From positions 186,001 through 250,000 of the forward strand of contig CBFFRQ010000055.1 of NCBI GenBank assembly GCA_965644315.1: a stretch of 64,000 bases of DNA, written 5' to 3'. A model generated the notes under the pieces. That model ran no database searches. It was given only the letters and a program-made list of their open reading frames with translations, and was not told the DNA's origin. Position numbers and translations under genes: made by a program. Source of the DNA: Caecitellus pseudoparvulus (Eukaryota > Protista > Bigyra: Bicosoecida). Shown piece after piece: positions 57,181-64,000 of the stretch. How positions within the stretch are numbered: position 1 is the first letter of the stretch; the number at the start of each line of letters is the position of its first letter.

Positions 57181-60100
57181 TCACGCCGGCGTGGTGAGGG
57201 CCTCTGTGGGGTCCATGCTGCCAGCGTACTCCAGTGCCGCCTCGAACATGGTCAGGTAGTAGCCGCCTTCGCCCTGCAGCATGAGCGGGTCGCACAGCGA
57301 CCACAGCAGCTCCTTGAGCAGCAGCGGCCGCGACAGCTGCGCGCGCACGACGACAAAGGTGTAGATGGGGAAGAAGTCATCTGCCCCCAGCGGTGCAGGT
57401 GGGGGCAGCTCCAGCTCCTCCAGCAGCTGGGCGGGGACGGCACCCCCCCGTCCCCGCCCCACGTCCAAGCCAAGGGTGTGGCGCAGGATGGCAGCCTGGT
57501 GGGGGTGGTCACGCAAGTGCTCGGCAATTGCCTTCTGCTGCTGCGTCGCGGCATAGGCCGCGTAGATGGCCCGTGCCGCCGCCAGCAGCGCGCGCAGCTT
57601 GTCGGACGGCAGGTCGCAGCAGCCGACCTCCTGCAGCTCCAACACCGCCGGCGCCCAGCTGTCTGGCGCTCGCAGGTGCGTGGGAATGCCGAAGGCTGCT
57701 TGGGGCGCCCGCCGCAACGCCGACAGCTGGGCCGTCAGGCGTGCCTCTGCAGCGGAGTTCACTGCGCAGTCCAGGCAGGCAGTGAGGGCGGGGGCCAGGG
57801 GCATGTACACCGCCACCTCCACCTCCCGCATGACGATGGAAGACACGGTGTCCAGGACAGCGGGGCCGTCGGGAGCGGCGTCGTCGGGTGTGCCGCTGTC
57901 CCCGACGCCTTCGTTGTCCGCGTAATACGGCAGCGCCACCTGCAGCTGCGACAGCTCCGCCTCCCGCACGCGCAACACATGATCGTGCAACCCGTCCATG
58001 AAACGCCGCACGGCCTCCAGAGCACTGTCTTCCCCCAGGTCTGCACGCGGGGCTGCAGGGGCGGCTGGTGGTGGGCCCACCTCCCCCTCCGCCAACCCCA
58101 CCGCATCCCCTAGCCCCTCCGCCTCCGCCTCTGCTGGCTCTGACGCTGGCTGTTGCGGCTGCTGCTGCTGCGACTGGGGTGGGGAAGGGGGCTGTGGGGT
58201 GCCCTCGCCACCCCCCCCCTCCACAGGCGCCGAGGGGGGGGGTGGCGTCCCCGGCTCGTCTGAGGCTGCACCCCCCTCCTCCTCCTCCGCTTCGCCCCCC
58301 CCTTGCTCCGGCCAGCTCTCTAACACCGCGTCCAGCTGCTGTGCAAAGTCATCTGCCGCGGCGGGAGGGGTGTCAGGGGGGGGTGCCGACCCCCCTAGGG
58401 CCAGACTTGCGCGCCGGGCAATTTGCGGCGTTCCCGGCGACGGCGACGCGAGCAGCTCACGCCACGTGGTGCGACTCAGCGTGCGGTGGGCCCATGCCGG
58501 CGCATCCTTGAGCATGACCCTGGGCCCACCCTTGCCCTTTGCGGGGGGGCTGCAGAACATAGTGGCGGAACGCTGGGTGCGGCCGTGAGGGGGGGCGCCC
58601 CCCCCCTCCTCCTCCTCCGCCGCAGCCAGGGTGAGAGGGGGTGGGCCTGCCTGCGGGGGGGGGCTTGCAAAGGAGCCGCTGCGCCGGGGTGGGCCCACCT
58701 CCGGGCTGCTGGGCGATAGGGACCCCCGCTGCATGCGCACGACGGCGAGGACGCGGGTGCGAGCACGGGACCATGCGGCGGTGGTGGGCCCACCCTCCGC
58801 ACGGGGGGTGGGCGCACCGCTCTCGCCCTGGCGCACCAGGCCCTCCAGGAACGCCACGTCGTCCCCCCCCTCCTGCTCCGGCGAGGGGGGGTCCGACGAG
58901 CCTGGCGAGGCCGGCGACCCCCCCACCAGCGTGCGTGCCCGGACACGGGGTGTGTCAAGTGAGACGGGTGTGGGGATGGGGGCTGGGGCTGGGGCCAGGC
59001 TGCCTGTGCTGCCGAGGGCCCCTTCCGGTGAGGGCGACCCCCCCTCGCTGGAGCTGCTGGAGGGGCTGGAGGCACCCACGGTGGCGTCGGCCACTGAACC
59101 CCCCTCCTCCTCGCGAATGGTGCCGGTGCGCTGGGTGGTGATGAGGCTGGCCAGGGAGGGTGGTGTGGGGGGGTCTGAGGGGGGGGCGCCAGCGCCCTCA
59201 CCTGACCGACCCTCAGCACGCCCCCCCCCCTCCACCAGGCAGCCAGGCGACCGAACAGCCCCCCCCCACGCCGCATGCGAGCATTGCCCATATCCACACT
59301 CATCGCCCGTCGACGCCGTCGAGGCGCACCTGCCGCTGTGCCGTTTGCAGCGCTGCTGTCGGCAGCTGGCGTTGCGGAACTTGACTCGCCCTCTGCGATG
59401 GCGCCCTGCAACGCACCACCCTCGCCGCACACGCCCTCCTCCACAAGCCCGCTGTCAGCATGCATGCGCACATCGTCTGACAACACCCTGAGCCCAACGC
59501 CAGCTCTGGACGTGGGCTGGGTTGAGTCGGCGCGCCCAAGCGGCGTGCCCAGCACCACGCCGCGTTGCACAGAGTACAGCGTGGAAGGGGCGTTGCCGAG
59601 AGACCCCTGCCCCCCCACGAAGCGCACCTGCCCCCCATACAACGAATCCATCGTCAACAGGCGATCTGAGGTCAGTGCATCCATGGTCGCGCCGCGGTGT
59701 CGCTCTTTCTTTGCACCGTGGCGCGCCTGCAAAACGCGCCCAGGTTGAAACGCCGGCACGCGCGGCACGCTTGCGCCCCCCTCCCCGCCACCGCACCCCA
59801 CCAACGCTCCCAGCGTGTCTTCCAACAGCTCAGGGAACTTACTGGTGATGAACCGAGCCCGGGCCCTGCCCTCCTTGCTGCCCGTCGAATACAGCCACCC
59901 CTGCACCGCCAGGGCTATGCGCTGTGACTCTGACTGCCCCGTCAGCGCCGCTAGCTTGGCCGCGCGGTCGCCCACGGAGGCACGCCTGCCCCGGTGAGAC
60001 CGCCTGAAGTGGCTGCCCCGGCGCCCACGGCCTGCCTCTGAGCTGCTGCGAGCTCTGGACGCCCGTGTGCCCTGCCCCGACGCTGCGGCAGCGACAGCGC

Positions 60101-60854
60101 TGCCTGAACGAGCCCGAACATGGACCCCATTTGCACTTGTTGCAGAGTGCGTTGTGGGCGGCTGCTGAGGCGCCCCCAGCTGCCCTGTGGCGCTGAGGAG
60201 CGGCGGGGGCGGCAGCTGCGTTTCGGGCGAAACGCTGGTCGCTCCAGCGGCCAGCCCGTTTGCCTGTAGCAGCTGCTGCTGGAACTTGCGGGCGACGTCA
60301 AAGGTCACCCGCTTCTTGCGAAGTGCCCGCAGAACAGCACAGCGGTGGTTCACCTCCATGGCCACGTGTGCGGCAGTGGTTGCTGACTTCTGCGTGCGCG
60401 TGCAGCGAGGTGTGGCAGCAGCGCCCGCCACAAGCCACCGCAGCGCCGCACTCACCATGATGTACACAAAAGCATGGTCCGTGCTGTACGTGATTCGCAG
60501 GGTGACCGGGTCATCCAGCGTCGCTGACGTCACCTCGTTGTAGTGGAAGGACTTGGTCACCTCGCCGCCTGGCCGGCAGTTCAGAATGCGCGTGGTGCGC
60601 AGACCCAGCATCCTGCGTTGCTTGCGCCCCCGCCGGTTGACCTTCAAGCACTCATAGTTGGCGTCTGGCAGGCACCGCAGGAAGTGCTCCGCCTCAGCGA
60701 TGTCTTCCAGCACGGCGCTCTTGCCCTCCCGCAGCAGCGTCGCGACGATATGGTCAGCGCCTGCGTCGGCGGTGAACAGACTGGCCTCGTGGATGCTGCT
60801 GGCCCGCCGCCCAGAGCGGGAGCGGGGACGGGGAGGTGGGGGTGGCGCCGCCAT
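57181..60854 (-). CDS. VPS9-domain Rab5-type GEF with an N-terminal PH-like domain, spliced
   Basis: LPSDKLRALL, LGADDFFPIYTFVVVRA and GEGGYYLTMFEAALEY; N-terminal YECLKVNRRGRKQRRMLGL (PH-like). Confidence 0.88.
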
Positions 60855-61171
60855 GCTGCCTCGCGCCTGCCGTCGCCTGCTCGCAGTCGGCTGGGGGGTG
60901 GCACGAGGCGGTTTGAATTTGACGTGCACGGGTCATGTGCTCTGCCGCAGGCGCCCGTCTCCCCACCCCTTTCAACAGGGGTGTCCAGGTGATAGAAATG
61001 CATTGTAGTGGTTTCCTTCAATGCTTTGCACGGTGCTTGTCTGGGCCTTGGTTGTCCTCCTGCAGTGCGATGGTGCATGCAGCACAGTTGCCGACCAGCG
61101 CAACAAACCACTGACCGGCCACACCCTGGCACACACGCCCGGGACACAGCAGGCAGAGGGAGCACCGTGCC

Positions 61172-63329
61172 ATGGAAGGCCTTGCGCACGCGACAGGGGA
61201 TCATGGCGAGCATCCTCTGCCGCGCGCCGCGCAGGAGGGAGAGACAGCTCGTGCGTTGGCGGGAGCGCCGGTGCTGGGAGCCAGGGAATCCGTGTGGGCC
61301 GCCTGCAAGCGGCAGCACAGACTGCCTGGCATGGCTTGCTCTGTCCCTGCCTGGGGCATCATGACGGCCGTGTACTTGCAGGCCATGCTGACATCCTTGG
61401 TGATTTTCGGCTTTGCTGCGCTGGAGCCCATTCTGCTGGAACGAGGCCTGTACCACAGCAGGTGCCCGCCTGGCACGGCTGAGGAGGCCACTTGCCCGGC
61501 CCAGCTCGAGGCGGTGAATTTGCTGTTTGTGGTGAACTCCTCCGTTACACTTGTCGCGGGTTTGATTGTGAATGGTGTGTACAGGCGGTGCTTGCCTGCG
61601 GGCAGGCTCGTGCGGAAATTGCATGCGTGAAAGCTCAGCTGTGTGCCTTTCACGCGCCCTACCGCTCGCCCTGGGCATGCACAGGCTGGATTATGGATCT
61701 GTATGGCATCAAAATTGCGTCCATTGTGGCCAATGTGTTCATGGTTGTTTCCTTCAGCATTCTGGCCGCCACGGCAGGTGGCTCCATCGGTACGAGCAGC
61801 ATGCACGGACGCCTCGCTTCCGGGCCTTGCACCGCACCCCCACCTCCTTGCACCACGCTTGCTCAGGTGAAGAGGGCTGGTTAGTGGGCTTCACGCTGTT
61901 CGGTGCCGCTATCGGGCAGCTGGACTGTCTCTTCCACTTCGCCAACCTGTTCCCCGGCAACGAATCCCTCATCATCGGCAGCATCTCGGGGTTCAGTGAC
62001 TCCTCCGCCCTCGTCTTCCTCATCTTCGCCACCCTCGTGCGGGCGGGCGTGGACCTGTCCCATGTCTTCATCGGCTACATCTGCACTGCCCTGCTGGCCA
62101 ACCTCCTCTTCGCGGTGTTCTTGTGGCCTTGGTGGCCGGTGCCCGACACATCCACTGCCGAAGCCCTGCAAGACACCCCGGGAGCCTGTGCGGCAGGTGA
62201 CCTGCCGCAGCGTGTGGGGGCAGAAGGAGAGCAGTTGGGCGGAGAGGAGGAGGGCACGCCCCCTGCAAACTCGGCCACGGCGGTGCCACTGCCAGACTCC
62301 GAGCACTCTGGGGCTGACGCAGCAGAACAAGGAACAGCGCCTTCGCCTGAACCTGCAGCATCGCAGTGGCCCCTGGCCGCCCTGCCGATCCGGCAGCAAC
62401 TGTGCACGCCTCTCTTTCTGGCATGGCTGGTGTACTGCGCCACGAGCCTGCTGCGTTTCAACTTCTACATCGCCGCGTTGAACGAGCACCTGTCGTTTTT
62501 GGGGGACTCCAGCGGTGTGTACAGCGAAGTGTTCGGGGGACTGGCCTCTGCAGGGCTGGTGTTCGTGCTGGCTGTGGGACAGATCATGGACCGCCTGGGC
62601 CTGCACTCGGCTGTGCTGCTGGCCACCATCGTGGGCTGTGCCCTGTCCGCCATCACCCTCATCCCCAGCCTGCCCCTGCAGGTACTGGGCTTCCTCCTGG
62701 CGGTCCTGTACAGGGGCTTCGTCTTCACCCTGTACGCTGCCGTGCTCATTCCCGAGTTTGGCGTCGGCGCGTATGGGCGCCTGTCAGGGGTGGTGGCGGT
62801 GGTGGCGGGTGGCCTGAGCTTCGTGCAGCAGCCGCTGGTGGAGATGTCCCTGCGCCACTTCGACGGCGACTTCACCGTCAGCAACAGCATCATGGCCGTC
62901 ATCACCGCCTCCCACTTTGCCTTTGCCTGGTACTACTGGCGCCACAGGCAGGCTGCCGGGCTGGACGGGACGCACCCACTCTTCCTCGTGAGTTGCTTGC
63001 CATGTCGTGGCAAAGGTGGTGCTGAGCTCAGTGAAGAGGGCAGTGGCCGTAGCGAGTCTGAGGATGTGGAGGAGGAGGCTGTGTCTGATGGAGTGTCGGA
63101 GGATGTGTCGGAGGAGGAGGAGGATGAGGCTGTATCCGATGGCACGGAAGACGATGACGAGGAAGATGTGGTGCAGGTGGCTGGCGTGGAGGTGCAGGCA
63201 TTGGAGGAGCATCCGCAGGTCGTGAGCACCGCATCAGGCGAGGAGCGAGGTGCTGACTCTGCCCCAGAGCCCACCTCGCCCCCAGCAGAAGCAGGGCCCC
63301 AAGAAGAGACCCTCAGCGAAGGCTCATGA
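61172..63329 (+). CDS. MFS transporter, SLC43/LAT3-FMP42-like, with an acidic C-tail, spliced
   Basis: VIFGFAALEPILLERGLYHSRC, GWIMDLYG, FHFANLFPG..GFSDSSALVF, LRFNFYI, GQIMDRLG and IPSLPLQV. Confidence 0.85.
61612..61621. promoter_or_regulatory. GCGGAAATTG motif in the first intron of the SLC43-like gene
   Basis: Exact reverse complement of the 10-mer. Confidence 0.5.
63050..63170 (+). repeat. Degenerate tandem repeat encoding an acidic tail (SEDVEEEAVSDG / SEDVSEEEEDEAVSDG)
   Basis: Duplicated gaggctgt(g/a)tc(t/c)gatgg units. Confidence 0.6.
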
Positions 63330-63577
63330 AGATTCTAGGATGACTCTTTCAGTCAGGCACCGTAGCAGCCCACCCAAGTCTTAACTAGAGCCACCAGGGC
63401 TGGTGTGCGCGGGGAAGCGCGGGTGACCGAAACCACTCCAACGCAGCATTCCGCCGCTCAAGGCAGTCCACAATGCATGTTAAGTTCCAGCGACAGGGAT
63501 GCAGGCAGGCACATTTTTTATGTCTTTCCATCCCTCTGCCGCCCCCCGGCTCCTTCTGTGGAAGTGTTGCCGCCCAA

Positions 63578-64000
63578 ATGGCGGCAGCCAGTGGAGGCGG
63601 CCCGGAGACGCTCAAGGCAGCGGTGCGAGAGGGCGTGCCGCCTCAGCTGCGCAGACAACTATGGCTTACCCTCTCCGGAGTTCATCATGATGAGACAAAG
63701 GAATACATGCATGCTTGTTCCCGGGTCTTTGGAACTGCAGACGCCTTGCCTGACAAACTCTTCAGCGTGCGTGTCGATTTCCGCAGCTGCTCACAGGCCA
63801 CGCAAGCGCTGACAATGGCCCCCACAGGTTCCCTTCCTCGGAGCTGAGCCGATGACTGTGCCAGACAGTTGTGTGCACTTGTCCAAGCAGCCCAGCATGG
63901 CGATGTCCTCCGCCCATGACCGCGTCGTCTGCCTGCTCAGTTCATGCCTGGCTCTGCGGCACTGCCCCATGGTGCCACACCTGGCCATGGTGCTGCTGCA
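63578..64000 (+). CDS. TBC (Rab-GAP) domain protein, TBC1D24-like, 5' part; runs off the right edge
   Basis: LKAAVREGVPPQLRRQLWLTLSG; a later exon reads HCPMVPHLAMVLL. Confidence 0.7.

Noticed and set aside
1-64000. Bacterial origin, CRISPR array, rRNA/tRNA, prophage or transposon
   Set aside because: Spliceosomal introns and eukaryote-specific genes occur throughout. I saw no repeat-spacer array, RNA-gene signature, or transposase, reverse transcriptase or integrase motif.
1-64000. Hundreds of overlapping antisense or alternative-frame ORFs, e.g. 11410-12585, 40156-41304, 46526-47584, 49755-50831, 57133-58113
   Set aside because: These are shadow ORFs expected at high GC opposite real genes, and they have no recognisable motifs.

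Overview
Eukaryotic, GC-rich and extremely gene-dense DNA with short GT-AG introns (mostly about 60-75 nt). It most plausibly comes from a heterotrophic flagellated stramenopile; this is an inference from a mastigoneme-type EGF protein, CFAP157, PTPS-III and a CRT-like gene. About 28 protein-coding genes can be modelled by hand: CBP/p300-like (partial), NIPA transporter, CFAP157, PTPS-III, ELM2/TDBD chromatin protein, PH-FYVE protein, DOT1-like methyltransferase, PAS protein, Cwf18, a ~4400-aa VPS13, OSCA/TMEM63, EGF/mastigoneme-like protein, CRT-like transporter, GT4, ARL1, GhrA-like dehydrogenase, DUF4536, AnmK, PGAP1, AP2-domain protein, LtrA, Cys-rich secreted protein, calmodulin-like protein, VPS9 GEF, SLC43 MFS, TBC (partial) and two orphans. 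I saw no rRNA, tRNA, CRISPR or mobile element. The most notable points are: (1) an intronless bacterial-type anmK near a D-2-hydroxyacid dehydrogenase, separated from an in-frame PGAP1 ORF by a single TGA, at the head of a four-gene co-directional block with tiny spacers; (2) an exact 10-mer, CAATTTCCGC/GCGGAAATTG, found 10 times and always near gene 5' ends; (3) convergent gene pairs that touch or overlap in their coding sequence; (4) a visible shift to higher GC after about 38 kb. Exon boundaries and starts are manual and approximate, and family calls come from motif recognition, not database searches.
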